From: Octopus vulgaris
Lineage: Eukaryota
Length of the DNA: 64,000 nucleotides
Reading direction: 5' to 3'
Assembly (NCBI GenBank): GCA_951406725.2
Contig: OX597824.1
Span: 17,732,001-17,796,000 of the forward strand
The position numbers and the translations under genes were made by a program. Below the pieces are notes generated by a model that was not told the origin of the DNA, made no database searches, and was given only the letters and a program-made list of their open reading frames with translations. Positions within the stretch are counted from its first letter, which is position 1, and each line of letters opens with the position of its first letter. This document shows, one piece after another, positions 50,331-64,000 of this stretch.

Positions 50331-51557
50331 CAAAATCCTGTTCTTATTTTAATAATTCGTAGCCATTAAGCTAAAATACTAATAATAATAATAATCAGAA
50401 AGAGAAACAAAAATGCAAATGGAAATTCGGTATTTACTTCATTCACAAAACATACATGAATGACTTCAAAAGGTAGATCTTTGTAACAAAGTCAATGTTT
50501 GTAGAAGATAGACAATCTCCATTCGCAACTTTGCTTTTAAACCTTACTGATTCCATAAGATATATTCCGCCATTATTATGGTAAAGATTCATTCTACAAT
50601 ATCTTTGCGTACTTCAGCAACTGGCTTAGTGCCCAATCAAAAGAAATCAATGCTTGAAAGAGAGAAAGAGAGAGACAGAGCAAAAAAAAAAACATCTGTA
50701 TAAAACAATAAATAACGTATATAGCTTTTGAAAAAAATAACATAAAATTATAATTACAGAAATAAACGTACGGCTACTGTAACTATTGACTGTTTATCAT
50801 AGCTTCCTTAATATATATCCGTTATAATGACTCTTTGTCTGTATAATTGCGTTGTTGCTTTTACACTCGAATTAATTAAACACATTTATTTTATTATATC
50901 AAATTAGACGCACACCATCCGAGATAAACATACGCATGTATACGCTCACACGCAAGCGTATAAGCACACGTATGCGTACAAACGCAAACCGACAGATACC
51001 CGCACCACGATACAATTACGAGGACATATACACATATAGAGAGGCATACATGTACAGGCACACTTGTCAATAATTATACAGGGATATTTCTAATATAATA
51101 TTACATTTATTTTCATTGCTATTGATTTATCTGGTGTGGATAGAACGAGTAATTTCCAGGAGAAATAACTTTAAATTGTTATTAATTTCCTACAGTTCAA
51201 AATTGTCAGTACACACGGATTGCAAATTACTCTCACAGATACGCATAACGTAGACGCATAGACACAGAGAGAAATAAACGTACAAAAGCAGATTTAGATG
51301 GAATAAACTAGAAGCGTATTCTTAAAGAGATAGGCATGTGTGCAGCCATAAGCATATGTAGCGAAGGAAAACCATACAAAGAGACATAGCTCTTTATTTC
51401 TATAGTTTGTAAAGCAGAATGTGAACATCAATGCCGTTGGTTACAGGTTTACCCGAGTCATTCACAGTCTCTGGTGGAGTGTGACGGACAAATGAGCATC
51501 TGTAAGACAGTGCAAGGAGATTTCTTCTTGCAATGGGTTATTTGGAAAGTGCATCCT

Positions 51558-51611
<54 letters not shown>

Positions 51612-51671
51612 ATGTGTTTATATGTGCATATATATATAGATATATAGACATAAATATATATATACATATAC

Positions 51672-51746
<75 letters not shown>

Positions 51747-51748
<2 letters not shown>

Positions 51749-52054
51749 GAGGCGCAATGGCCCAGTGGTTAGGGCAGCGGACTCGCGGTCGTAGGATTGC
51801 GGTTTCGATTCCCAGACCGGGCGTTGTGTGTGTTTATTGAGCGAAAACACCTAAAAGCTCCACGAGGCTCCGGCAGGGGGTGGTGATCCCTGCTGTACTC
51901 TTTCACCATTCTTTCTCTCATTCTTTCTTCTGTTTGCCTGCTCGCTTAGCCAGCGGGGTGGCGTCATTTGAAGGCTAAAACAATGCGAACGCATTGTGAC
52001 CAGCGATGTGTAACAACATCTGACAGCCTGGTCGGTCACGGTGATCACGGTGAT
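51747..52054 (+). mobile_element. SINE family C, tail type 3
   Basis: Family C head followed by gcctgctcgcttagccagc...gcattgtgaccagcgatgtg...(cacggtgat)2. Confidence 0.9.
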
Positions 52055-52349
52055 ATATACATATATATACACATACAAGGAGAGTGAGTAATGATAGTAT
52101 AGCTAGTCGGAACTTCGAAGTCACTGTCAATATTATTCTTGTTAAAGAACAATGAATTTCTACTCTACAAATGTATGGAGCCACCCTTGAGATTAATGTA
52201 AAATTATTTCTATTATAACTGATCATAAGAACAAACATTACCATATATGTACGTGTGTATATGCATTTTTATATACACGTATATATACATATACATAAAT
52301 ATATATGTGTGTGTGCGTGTGTGTTCGTGTGTATTAAGTCTTATAGACA

Positions 52350-52795
52350 CCGTTTTAGTTTCTTTATACTCGAATTCTTCCTGGTATTTCGTACATTTCT
52401 AGTCTTCTTCCTTCCTCCAACAAGAATCTCGTCATTTTATTTTATTTTATGGTTTCTTTTAGCATTGTTTGTTTGCTTTTTTATTATCCCTAATATTTCT
52501 ATGACATCTGCAGATCCCTCAATATTACAGATCATTAATATCCACCATATATTACCTATCACTCTCAAGACATCATTAACTTTTCTCACTGTTCTGCGTA
52601 ATCTCCCATTCTCGATTCCACTTAATAACGTAAATCTTGTTCGGTAATTCTTACTTAATCCTTCAAGAATCCTAATCCTTTTATATTCTTCGTCCAATAA
52701 CTCTAAGCCCTTTCAAGCTTGTAATCTATATTCACTTTCCTTCCTACTTTTGACTTGTCACAGTAGATTTCCTTTTCCTGTGGACAACATATTTT
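52350..52795 (-). pseudogene. R4/Dong-like non-LTR ORF N-terminal fragment
   Basis: LLSGIENGRLRRTVRKVNDVLRVI...SADVIEILG resembles the pre-RT region of R4-clade elements; abuts (TAA)n. Confidence 0.4.
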
Positions 52796-52837
52796 ATACC
52801 ACGACTTTGCTGCCGTTGTCGTTATTCCGGTTCTTGC

Positions 52838-52839
52838 TA

Positions 52840-52908
<69 letters not shown>

Positions 52909-52961
52909 TTCTTCTTCTTCTTCTTCTTCTTCTTCTTCTTCTTCTTCTTCTTGTTCTTGTT

Positions 52962-53032
<71 letters not shown>

Positions 53033-53328
53033 CATTATTATTATTATTATCATTATTATTATTATCATCATTATTATTATTATTATTATCATTATTATTA
53101 TTATCATTATTATTATTACTATTATTATTATTATTATTATTATCATCATCATCATTATTATTATTATTATTACTATTATTATTATTATTATTATCATTAT
53201 TGTTATCATTATCATTGTTATTATCATTATCATTGTTATTATCATTATCATTGTTATTATTATTATTATTATTACTATTATTATCATTATCATTGATATT
53301 ATCATTATAATTGTTATTATTATTATAA

Positions 53329-53380
<52 letters not shown>

Positions 53381-53457
53381 CATCATCATCATCATTATTA
53401 TTATTATTATTATCATTATCATTGTTATTATCATTATCATTGTTATTATTATTATTA

Positions 53458-53523
<66 letters not shown>

Positions 53524-53525
53524 TA
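52838..53525. repeat. Compound (TAT)n/(TCT)n/(CAT)n microsatellite
   Basis: Direct inspection. Confidence 0.95.
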
Positions 53526-53585
53526 GCATTATTTTTGTGGCTCTTGCTGTTGTTTTTGTTGTCGATATTATTGATGCTTTAAGAA

Positions 53586-53915
53586 ACGAGCTGGCGGAAA
53601 CGTTAGCATGCCGTTACGTTCTGAGTTCAAATTCCGCCGAGGTCGACTTTGCCCTTCATCCTTTCGGGGTCGATAAATTAAGTACCGGTTACGCACTGGG
53701 GTCGATGTAATCGACTTAATACCTATGTCTGTCCTTGTTTGTCCCCTCTGTCTTTAGCCCCTTGTGGGTAACGTTCTGAGTTCAAATATCGCTGAGGTCG
53801 ACTTTACTGTTCATCATTTTGGGATCGATTAATTAAGTACCAGTTGTGTACTGAGGTAGATCTAATCAATTGGCCCTCTCCACAATAAAATTTGGACCTG
53901 GTGCCTAGAGTACAA
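53586..53915 (+). mobile_element. SINE family A dimer
   Basis: Two acgttctgagttcaaa units. Confidence 0.88.
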
Positions 53916-54429
53916 AATATTCATTAAATAATTTTTCTTCCATTCGGTCAGCTATTTTCGTTCTATTCGATCGGCGTTTCTTTTGCTGAATTTGTCCCCC
54001 TACTATTTGTTCAATAGTAGGAATATACTAAACACATTCCAGGGTTAACGGGTTTGTAAATTGTCACTAGTGTAAGGATTATCATCAATGATTCTTTTTT
54101 ATTCTTCCATCTTTAGACCATTTCATTCCAGCCTTAGCTGTGGTGGTCGTCTTCGACGTCTTCTTCTTCTTTTTCTTCTTCTTCTTCTTCTTCTTCTTCT
54201 TCTTCTTCTTCTTCTTCTTCTTCTTCTTCTTCTTCTTCTTCTTCTTCTTCTCCTTCTTCTTCCTCCAATCACGACTTGCGCCATTAGCCACACAGAATAA
54301 TATCTAATTCGAGCTTACACTAAGCTACTAAGATAGCATGTGGCAACTTGAAAATCCACCCACAACACGCAATAGACTGGCGGTTGCAGGGACGCGAAAG
54401 CTACGTTGTTATCCTAATTCCGTAAACGT

Positions 54430-54722
54430 TGGCTTTTGACGGGTGGAGAGCTGAACCATCCTGGGGTACAGAGGATTCGCAGTTTTACCACACCATAGTG
54501 AGTTACACCATGGTTCCTCTGCTTTGTGGCAGAAGTAGTAAGAAAGAGTGAAAGATAGATGTGGTGAAGGAGTACTGCGGGTCCCCCCACCAGTCACCGA
54601 AGCCTCGAAGAGCTTTGGTGCTTTTGCTCTTTAAACACTCACAATGGCCGGTCTGGAAATCGAAACCGCGTTCTTACGACCATAATTCCGCTGCCCTAAC
54701 CGCTAGGCCATTGCGTTTCCAC
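54430..54722 (-). mobile_element. SINE family C, tail type 4
   Basis: Family C head at 54590-54722; tail differs from the other copies. Confidence 0.75.
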
Positions 54723-54941
54723 TCGTAGCAGTGGTTGTTGATAAATCCTTGATTTTAATGTCACCTCATCTAAGATACGACAGTAGACTATGAGCAATAT
54801 GATTTGGTAATGATATATTTCAGGCAAATAAAGAAAAATAGATATATAATAGCATGATAGATATATAATAGCATGTTAAAAAAACAACCCGTTGGATAGA
54901 AAAAGCGGAAGGCTACCCGGGAATTCGAACACATACCTCCT

Positions 54942-55170
54942 ATTTCTTTACTCCCCACAAGGGGCTAGACACAGAGGGGACAAACAAGGACAGACAAACT
55001 GATAAATCGATTATATCGACCTCAGTGCGTAACTGGTACTTATTTAATCGACCCCGAAAGGATGAAAGGCAAAGTGGACCTCAGCGGAATTTGAACTCAA
55101 AACGTAGCGACAGACGAAATACGGCTAAGCATTTCACCCGGCGTGCTAACGTCTCTGCCAGCTCGCCGCC
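54942..55170 (-). mobile_element. SINE family A, full length
   Basis: TSD ttcga(a/g)cacatacctcct on both sides. Confidence 0.93.
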
Positions 55171-55736
55171 TTTCGAGCACATACCTCCTGTAAACATGAC
55201 AGGCTTGTCAACAATATGATGTATATTTTTCTTGAGAGCAAGCTTGCTTTCGTTGAGATAATTATAATCTTACGCCGAAAAACATGGCGCAGACGGAAAA
55301 TACACAATCGCCTCATAGACGTTGGTATTCCCCGCTGATTACGTATATTATTTTAATCACTGCAACGACTCCTTCGTGCTGAAACAGTGAAAAGGTGTTT
55401 GAGACAAACAGTGGTTCTTCTCAGAGGGTGTTGTGTGATTTTGACACTGGCTGCTTTAGACAAACACCTCGTTAAATATCTAAAATATTCATTAAGAAAA
55501 CTTATTTTATTTCATTTTAAAATTATATTTCTTACACTTCGGTTTGCATTCTAGTGTTTTCATTTGTTTATTTTTTAATCATATTGATTTCTAATTTGTG
55601 GTACCAGTCCTCAATTTTGGAATTTTGGCGATAGAACATTTTAGGAAAAAAAAACTTACTTTCTATCGTTTTCTTTTCTTTAGTGGTGTTACTGCTGGTA
55701 CAAATGTTAAAAAAGAAATATTATAACTGTTATAAA

Positions 55737-55965
55737 GGCGGCGAGCAGGAAAAGTGGTTTACACGCCGGACAAAAGGCTTAACGTTCTGTCTTTGTGTTC
55801 TGTCATAGGTCTTTACGTTCTGATTTCAGATGCCGTCCAGGTAGACTGTGCTTATCATTCTTTCGAGGTCGATGAAATAACTACCAATTAAGGAACTGTG
55901 GGTCGATGTAATCCACAAGATCTATCACCCAAAATTTCGAGCCTTGAGACTAGAATAGGAAGAAT
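55737..55965 (+). mobile_element. SINE family A, old decayed copy
   Basis: ggcggcgagcagg...tcattctttcgaggtcgatgaaataactacca. Confidence 0.7.
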
Positions 55966-55967
55966 TA

Positions 55968-55968
55968 A

Positions 55969-56024
<56 letters not shown>

Positions 56025-56025
56025 T

Positions 56026-56073
<48 letters not shown>

Positions 56074-56074
56074 C

Positions 56075-56136
<62 letters not shown>

Positions 56137-56173
56137 CACTACTACTACTACAACTACTACTACCACCACCACC

Positions 56174-56237
<64 letters not shown>

Positions 56238-56250
56238 TTATCATTATTAT
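55968..56250. repeat. (TAC)n microsatellite
   Basis: Direct inspection. Confidence 0.95.
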
Positions 56251-56420
56251 TATGACGTGATTATTACCATTAGTAGCAGTATGTGTATCTATGTATATAT
56301 ATTTATTTATTATTCTTATAAAAGTATTTTGCTTATAGCATTACCAGTTTTCGGCGACCTAAGCCATCGCCGGACTGCGATACATTAAAGTTAGATTTGC
56401 TTTTGTATAATCTCTTTTTA

Positions 56421-56462
<42 letters not shown>

Positions 56463-56567
56463 ATGTGTGTATTTATGTAAATATATATATATATCTTTAT
56501 ATATATGTGTGTGTATGTATTTCTGTATGTATATGCATAGGTAGATGTATATGTTTATATGTATGTA

Positions 56568-56693
<126 letters not shown>

Positions 56694-56695
56694 TA

Positions 56696-56737
<42 letters not shown>

Positions 56738-56738
<1 letters not shown>

Positions 56739-57077
56739 AATCTAGAGAAAAACACTACTAAACAATTCAATAAAGAAAGATGTTATTCACACCATAGAGA
56801 AAACATTTACTATAGAGAACACCTTAATTTAAATCAATAAATTACAATAAATAGTAAATAGTAGTAAAAAGCCTCTGCACATTCCGTGGCTATATTTGCA
56901 AATAAATATTAATAATAAAATCAATTCGATTTAAAATTAAATCGAACTAAAATTAATTCTATTTAAAAATATTATTATTAACTAATAACAAAAATTTGAT
57001 TAAGGTCCTCGACGAACGAAAAATTGAACGTAGACATAAATTGAATTACTTATATAATAAGTTTAGCTAATTTGTGT

Positions 57078-57146
<69 letters not shown>

Positions 57147-57993
57147 CTTTTTTATTTTACTAATTGTAGAAGTTAAAATTTGTAGTAGCAAAATGTGTAT
57201 AAATTAGCACGAGATTATATAGTCTATATTACAAAATTACAATAAGTGGAATATTAGATGTTTATAAAATAAATAAATTAATGAATTAAAATATATTAAA
57301 TTATAGAATTTTAGCTTAATTTATGTTTATTATATTATGTATTTCACGTATTAAGCATTTAAATTATTTAGACTTGACAATTTTCCAGTTAATAGTATAT
57401 TAAAGTTAATTTTTTCCCTTATTCTTACAGCTAAAATACATTCGTAATTTTAATAGCTTCTATACATATTTCTATCTATTTCTTCTATAAATTTTATTTA
57501 CGCCATATTTTCATGCGATATTTTTCTTATATTTCGCATAAACGCTAAGTTCCACGGTTTACGTTTAAATTGTTAGTTAACGAAAATCCTTCGTCAAGAT
57601 AAGTTATATTAGTATTTTAAGAATTATTGTTAAATGCTTTTCGACTATTTATAGTTAATACATGTATCTTTTTATACATTTATTTGGAAAGTTAAGATAA
57701 TTACATATATTCTATTATTATTATTTTCTATTTTTATTATTTATTATCTTAGACCTGATGAGTGTCTATATTTTTAAATAGAATTAATTTTAGTTCAATT
57801 TAATTTTGAATCGAATTGATTTTATTATTATTATTATCTATTTGAAAATATAGCCATGAAACGTGCGTAGTCTTTTTACAACTATTTATTATTTATTGTA
57901 CTTTATTGACTTAAAATAAGTTTTTTAGTAGTATATGGTGTGAATATCATCTTTTTTTATTGAATTGTTTAATAGTGGTTTTTCTATAAATTA
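56738..57993 (+). mobile_element. Penelope-like element remnant with ~230-bp inverted pLTR arms
   Basis: 56738-56972 is the diverged reverse complement of 57768-57993; the right arm carries a complete hammerhead motif. Confidence 0.75.
57751..57873 (+). ncRNA. Type I hammerhead ribozyme with long stem II
   Basis: agac-CTGATGA-gtgtctatatttt...aaaatatagccat-GAAA-cgtgcg-TA-gtct: intact core, GUA site, stem I agac/gtct. Confidence 0.75.
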
Positions 57994-58077
57994 TATATTT
58001 ATATATTATATATTGTGAAATCTGATTGAAAATTGTTAAATAGAATTTTTCGCTGTAAGTTTTTGAATATTGTTTCC

Positions 58078-58141
<64 letters not shown>

Positions 58142-58494
58142 GTTATTATTATTATTATTATTATTATTGTTATTATTATCATTATTATTGTTGTTGTTGT
58201 TGTATATATATATATAAATACATATATATATATATTTATATATTCACACATATATATACATATGTATCATATCTATATATATATATATGTATATATATGT
58301 GTGCATATGTATATATATATGTATATATATATATGTGTGTATATATATATATGCATATATATATGGGTGTAAGAAAAATTAAAAAAGGAAATCAAATCGC
58401 CTTTCATTGCAAGGCAAATTTTCAAGATTTGGAAGTGGAAAATAATTATTTTAAAGTTGAGGAAGGGGAAAAAAATTTACATACATACAGTAAA

Positions 58495-58892
58495 GGTGCA
58501 GGAGTGGCTGTGTGGTAAGTAGCTTACCTACAAACCACATGGATCAGGGATCAGTCCCTCTGCGTGGCATCCTGGATATCTATCTTCCATTATGGCCTCG
58601 GACCGACCAAAGCCTTGTGAATGGATTTGGTACACGGAAACTGAAAGAATCCCGTCGTATATATCTAGATATTTATGTATATGCTTGTGTGTCTGTGTTT
58701 GTCCCCCAACATCGCTTGGCAACCGATATTGATGTTTACATACCCGTATCTTAGCGGTTCGTCAAAAGAGACCGATAGGATAAGTAGTAGGCTTAGAAAG
58801 AAGAAGACCTTGGGTCGATTTGCTCGACTAAAGGCGATGCTCCAGCATGGCCGTAGTCAAATGACTGAATCAAATAAAAGAATAAAAGAATA
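58495..58892 (+). mobile_element. SINE family B, full length
   Basis: Matches 25601-26137. Confidence 0.9.
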
Positions 58893-59009
58893 CATACATA
58901 CACAATAACATGTTTTCTGTAAAGCTACCACGTTTTTTTTAAATATTTTTGACATGAATTGCAATACACAGAGCAACCCACATAAAATTTCGCCATGGCA
59001 CCTTACACT

Positions 59010-60288
59010 TATCTCGTAAAAGTAAGCAGCATTTGAACCATATAGAATTTTACCTGATTTTTGCAGAGTTTTGAATTTCTTTAATAAATTTTTTGCAGTT
59101 GCCTGATAATACTGACATAAATTTTCCCAATGTATCAATAAATTAACATTGATATTTTTTCGCTGTTGTCACAATCATCTGAAATGGAAGTTCAAGGAGC
59201 GATATTCGTGCAATTTTGCTATTTAACTTCAAAAACGGACGTAAAGCAGTAGAAACTGTTTATGAAATCAACGAAACGTTTGGCGAGGTAATGACCAGTT
59301 GGTGGTCAGCTCGAAAATGGCTTAAACGATATCGCAGTGGAGACCTGACCCTTGGAGATCGTGAGCGTAGTGAATGCCCATCTGTCATTTATATTGGTCA
59401 ATTAAAGACCTTCCTTGAGAAATATCCACGTAAAACCACCGGCGGAGAAATGGGAAAAGAACTTCAAATTAGTCAGAAAATCGCCTGCAACCATTTGCAT
59501 GCGATTGGAAAATCAAAAAAGCTCGACAAATAGGTACACCATGATTTGAATGAAAATCAGAAAAGGTGTTGTTATGAAATTTGCTCGTCGCTTCTTCTCC
59601 GTAACCAGACTATTCCGTTTCTCGACCGTATTATGACTTGCAATGAAAAATTAATTCAGTACAATAATAAATAGCGTTCTTCGAAGTGGTTGTATCAAAA
59701 TGAAACGCCAAAAACTTTCTCTAAACCCGAGTTCTTCAAAAAGAAGGTTATGGTGACTGTTTGGTGTAATGGTAGACTCATCCACTATAACTTCTTAAAA
59801 CCCGGGAAAACCCATACTGCAGAAACATATTGCCATGAAGTTGCCAAAATGAACGAAAAACTGCTTCTCCTCCGTCCCAGACTGGCCAACAGAAGAGGGC
59901 CAATCATTCTTCATGACAAAGCTCGACCACACGTTTCACTAATGTCGCTCCAGAAGTTGAGAGAATTTGGCTACGAAGTTCTTCCTCACTCAGCTTATTC
60001 TCCCAGACTTTTCTCCTACAGACTACCACTTTTCTAGCACCTTGATGGTTTCCTGTGACAGAAGGCGTTCGAAAATCAAACCAATACTGAAAGTGCGTTC
60101 AAAGAGTTCATCAGCTCCAGAACTCCAGACTTTTTATGTTACCCGAATAAACAAATTTGTAACTCGTTGGCAAAAGTGTGTTGATTGTAATGTACTTACT
60201 CTGATGGATTATATTTCCGCATTGATGAAATATATTGCGACAAATTTCATGTTTCAAAAACGTTGCTTACTTTTTACTCAGCCTGATA
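59010..60288 (+). mobile_element. mariner transposon (~1.28 kb), defective
   Basis: 3' TIR cgttgcttactttttactcagcctga|ta; partial 5' TIR gtaaaagtaagcagc at 59016. Confidence 0.88.
59184..60215 (+). pseudogene. mariner (DD34D) transposase pseudogene
   Basis: Motifs *VHHDL (for WVPHEL), FLDRIMTCNEK, KVMVTVW, ILHDKARPH, HSAYSP/DFSPTDYHF, RWQKCVD; multiple stops and frameshifts. Confidence 0.92.
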
Positions 60289-61219
60289 ATAACCGTGTAT
60301 TATCATCATCATCATCATCGTTTATCAAGAGAGACATAAGAAGCTAACGATGTAGATTGGCTGAGCAGTTACTCGGTTGTGTGATGAAAGGTAAGGATTG
60401 TGAGAAACCATTTCTGCCAAGATCTGCCTCGACTAATTTGACTAAAGAAAATCAAAATGTTTAAATCATCCTATGCTATTTTCGTTTGCAAATATATTTT
60501 CATATATTTATCTGAAATTACTTGAATAAATCGTTATTAATTAAAATGTGAATGCTAGTTTTGAATCTTAAAAATACACCCTAGCAACATTTATTCAGCT
60601 CTCAAAATAAGTTCACAGATTGCTTTCCTTCTAATCATGAAACCTGACACTCATTAATCTAATCCATATAGATTAGTACTGACTGGCTGTCTGTGGTCTA
60701 ACTTCAGAATGTATGACGCACATCCGGATTTGCAGATATACTTTAATGAACAGTGGTGACCAGACTTGCTTAAAGTAAAAATATACAACCCACACAACGA
60801 AGTTGTTTCAGAGACACCGGAAAGAAAAATTTCACCACATTTCCAGTTTTCAATAATAGCTCTCACTGTTTGCACTGAAATAGCATTTTCATGTTATGGT
60901 AGAAAATTCTGAATTCATTGCCAGTAAATTATTATATTTCGATGCTACGAAATTAACGTTTAAATATTTTATATAAATTTTGAAGCTGATAAAATAATCA
61001 GTAGCGACAAGTTCTATTCAATGTACTGCATCTCCCAATCCTAACATTACTCTCCACAGTTGCATAAGTTTTTGCAGTCGTATTAAAATGGGGTTAAGAT
61101 ATAGTTCAAATTCATTACTTTAGCTGAGTGCGTGCTCAGCCGAGTGGATATTTCGTGTTCAACGTCGAATTATTTATGTATAATTTTGCAACTACTGCCA
61201 TAATCTTGACCATCTATCC

Positions 61220-61385
61220 CAGCGGTGCTCAACCGGGGTCCAAACGACATCTGAGGGCCCATATAATATTTTCGGGGGTTCACACAGCAAAAGAGTACAT
61301 CGGGGATCAAAAATAACATTTTAAGATCTCCTGAAATATTTTTGCTTAAGACATATGTATTGTTATGTATTGCAAGAAACAGATG
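61220..61385 (+). mobile_element. Possible hAT-like MITE end
   Basis: cagcggtgctcaaccggggtcc resembles hAT/Charlie termini; partner TIR not found. Confidence 0.35.
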
Positions 61386-61389
61386 GAAA

Positions 61390-62058
61390 GGCGGTGAGCT
61401 GGCAGAAACGTTAGCACGCCGGGTGAAATGTTTAGCGGTATTTCGTCTGCCGTTACGTTGTGAGTTCAAATTCCGCCGAGGTCGACTTTGCCTTTCATCC
61501 TTTCGGGGTCGATAAATTAAGTACCAGTTACGCACTGGGGTCGATGTAATCGACTTAATACTTATGTCTGTCCTTGTTTGTCCCCTCTGTGTTTGTCCCC
61601 CCTTGTTTGTCCCCTCTGTGTTTGTCCCCCCTTGTGGGTAATAAAGAAATAGGTATTTCTTCTGGAGCTTCGTTCTGAGTTCAATTTCCGCCGTGGTCGA
61701 CTTTGCCTTTCATCCTTTCGCGGTCGATAAATTAAGTACCCGTTACGCACTGGGGTCGATGTAATCAACTTAATCTCTTTGTCTTTCATTGTTTGTCCTC
61801 TCTGTGTTTAGCCCCTTGTGGGCAAGAAAGAAATAAGAAATGTTTGCACGCCGAGCGAAATGCTTAGCGGTATTTCGTCTGCTAAGACGTTCTGAGTTCA
61901 AATTCCGCCGAGGTCGACTTGGCCTGTCATCCTTTCGATTAAATCGATTAAATAAGTACCAGTTGCGCACTAGGGTCGATATAATCGACTTAATCCGTTT
62001 GTCTGTCCTTGTTTGTCCCTTCTGTGTTTAGCCTCTTGTGGGTAGTAAAGAAATAGAA
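61390..62058 (+). mobile_element. SINE family A trimer
   Basis: Three tandem units, with internal tttgtcccc micro-duplications at 61578-61632. Confidence 0.92.
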
Positions 62059-62519
62059 ATATATTATGACTTCACCCTTCAGAATTTTGGGGTCTATAAA
62101 ATATACATTTTTCTGACTCTGAGATCGATGTCACGTCAAAATTGCTGGCCTTGTACCAAATGTAGAGAGATACTCTCTTCTTTTTTACTTGTAAACTTCT
62201 GTCTTTCGCTTTTGCTTTTTACTTTTAGTGTATTGTGTCCTGTTATTCAGTTAATTTATATATTTTTATATTACATTAAATCATACTTTCTAATTTAGCT
62301 TTAAGACCTGTTATTACGAGGTGAGGGAATTAGTCAATGCACTCGACACAAATTTACTAATCAAGAAAAATAATTTCATGTGTGGATCTTGGAAGGGTAA
62401 AAACTAATGTTGAAATTACCGTGGCTCTGCATCTATAATATACAGAACTAAAACAAAATACACGACAAATTGTAAGTTTGAACTTTATAGACATTTAGTG
62501 TGGAATCACAAAATAAAGG

Positions 62520-62903
62520 TTTCAATTTTTGCGACAAGGGCAGTAATTTTTGGAGAGTGAATGAGTCGATTACATCGACCCCAGTGTTTCATTAGTACTT
62601 AATTTATCGATACTGAAAGGATGAAAGCAATGACAACCTCGGCGGAATTTGAACTCAGAACGTAGCGGCTGACGAAATACCTATTTCTTTACAATCAACA
62701 CGGGACTAAACACAGAGAGTACAAACAAGGACAGACAAACGGATTAAGTCGATTACATCGACTCCAGTGCGTAACTGGTACTTAGTTAATCGACCCCGAA
62801 AGGATGAAAGACAAAGCCGACCTCGGCTAAACTTGAACTTAGAACGTAGCGGCAGACGACATACTGCTGAGGATTTCACCCGGCGTGCTAATGTTTCTGC
62901 CAA
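62520..62903 (-). mobile_element. SINE family A dimer
   Basis: Reverse complement of the family A consensus, twice. Confidence 0.88.
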
Positions 62904-63377
62904 CTAATTTTCTCATCGTAATTTATGTGCTAATGAGCAAAATATAGGAGGAAATACATATTGGGTTTCATAAACTGTATATTACATAAGTAATTTAGAT
63001 TGAAGTATGTTCAATCGTAACAAATGAGATTTTACAAATAGGGAAAACAATGCGGAAATGTAAAGGATATATATTTTACCTCCATAATTTATAATTAATG
63101 TAGGATAAAATTTTTTCGGGAAAAAAATTTCATCAATGGCCAGCATATCAAAAAATACCTTTAAAGGTTAAATTTAAAAATAACAAGATAAAGGCAAAAG
63201 AAAAATTCTAATGCCAAATATGCCGAAACAAAAATTGTCAATAACCATTATAATTTATGTGTCTCGAAACAAACCGATAGAAATTTCTAAAAAATTCGTT
63301 ATTACCGTATTAGTCCAATTTCCATATTTTACCTCCATGGATACATAGACTTGTTAACCACTTCATTGTTATTATTA

Positions 63378-63412
<35 letters not shown>

Positions 63413-63443
63413 TCTATTATTATCATTATTATTATTATTATTA

Positions 63444-63555
<112 letters not shown>

Positions 63556-63556
63556 C

Positions 63557-63847
63557 ATTTGTTTGACTTTTGCTTTGTATTTGTACAAGTTGGCTCCAAA
63601 TCTCCCCCAGAGACTTCAAGTGACAACAGGGTAGAACTTCAAGTTGGTGTTATGACGAGGGTGTCATATATTTGCTTTTGTACATAATATTGTTCCTGAG
63701 AATGTTTAAGAAAATATAAGAAAATTATGAATTTGTTTTAAAACATGAGCTAACATAAAAACTATTTTATATAGGATATGGGCAGTTCCTATGAGTACTA
63801 TCCTCTGAATTTCTGCCATTTTGGTGTATCCTGGTATCTGAGCTAGA
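63557..63847 (-). mobile_element. R4/Dong-like LINE 3' end inserted in (TAA)n
   Basis: Minus-strand translation LAQIPGYTKMAEIQRIVLIGTAHIL matches the IQKxxLLGTAxIL C-terminus of restriction-endonuclease-like (REL) LINEs; (TAA)n on both sides. Confidence 0.7.
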
Positions 63848-63849
63848 TT

Positions 63850-63942
<93 letters not shown>

Positions 63943-64000
63943 TAGTTTTATTTTTATAGCGTGCTTTCACTTCACTACCGAGCGCAGCTCTGTGTGCCTT

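Noticed and set aside
51747-51822. tRNA gene (also the heads at 34360-34434 and 24888-24960)
   Set aside because: A and B boxes are present, but the heads continue into SINE bodies (with TSDs in some copies) and lack a clean acceptor stem; treated as SINE heads.
60654-60875. Cys-rich minus-strand ORF after a tttcag acceptor
   Set aside because: No recognisable domain and no supporting exons; cannot be supported from sequence alone.

Overview
Eukaryotic, AT-rich, largely non-coding DNA saturated with microsatellites and retroposons. It is most consistent with a coleoid cephalopod (Octopus-like) intron or intergenic region; this is inferred from the SINE types, microsatellite density and a mollusc-like 18S fragment. 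I could not identify any host gene, and nearly all ORF-track entries are translations of simple repeats. Main contents: (1) a ~5.2 kb array of ~200 26-bp units (9378-14610) with a small vocabulary of variable segments and higher-order periodicity. It is fused to an internally deleted Mag/Gypsy LTR element (14616-16295, minus) with a ~200-codon open gag and three tandem tRNA-Ser PBS copies. The whole ~7 kb cassette is bracketed by ~198-bp direct repeats and has the same LTR-end/satellite junction at both ends. (2) An 18S rRNA V4 fragment fused to a SINE 3' tail, inside a Tigger-like MITE. (3) Several Penelope-like inverted-repeat remnants carrying hammerhead ribozyme motifs, including one attached to a tRNA-derived head. 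(4) Three abundant tRNA-derived SINE families with swapped tails and multimers, mariner pseudogenes, a non-autonomous Helitron and LINE fragments. All alignments and counts were made by eye; no databases were searched.
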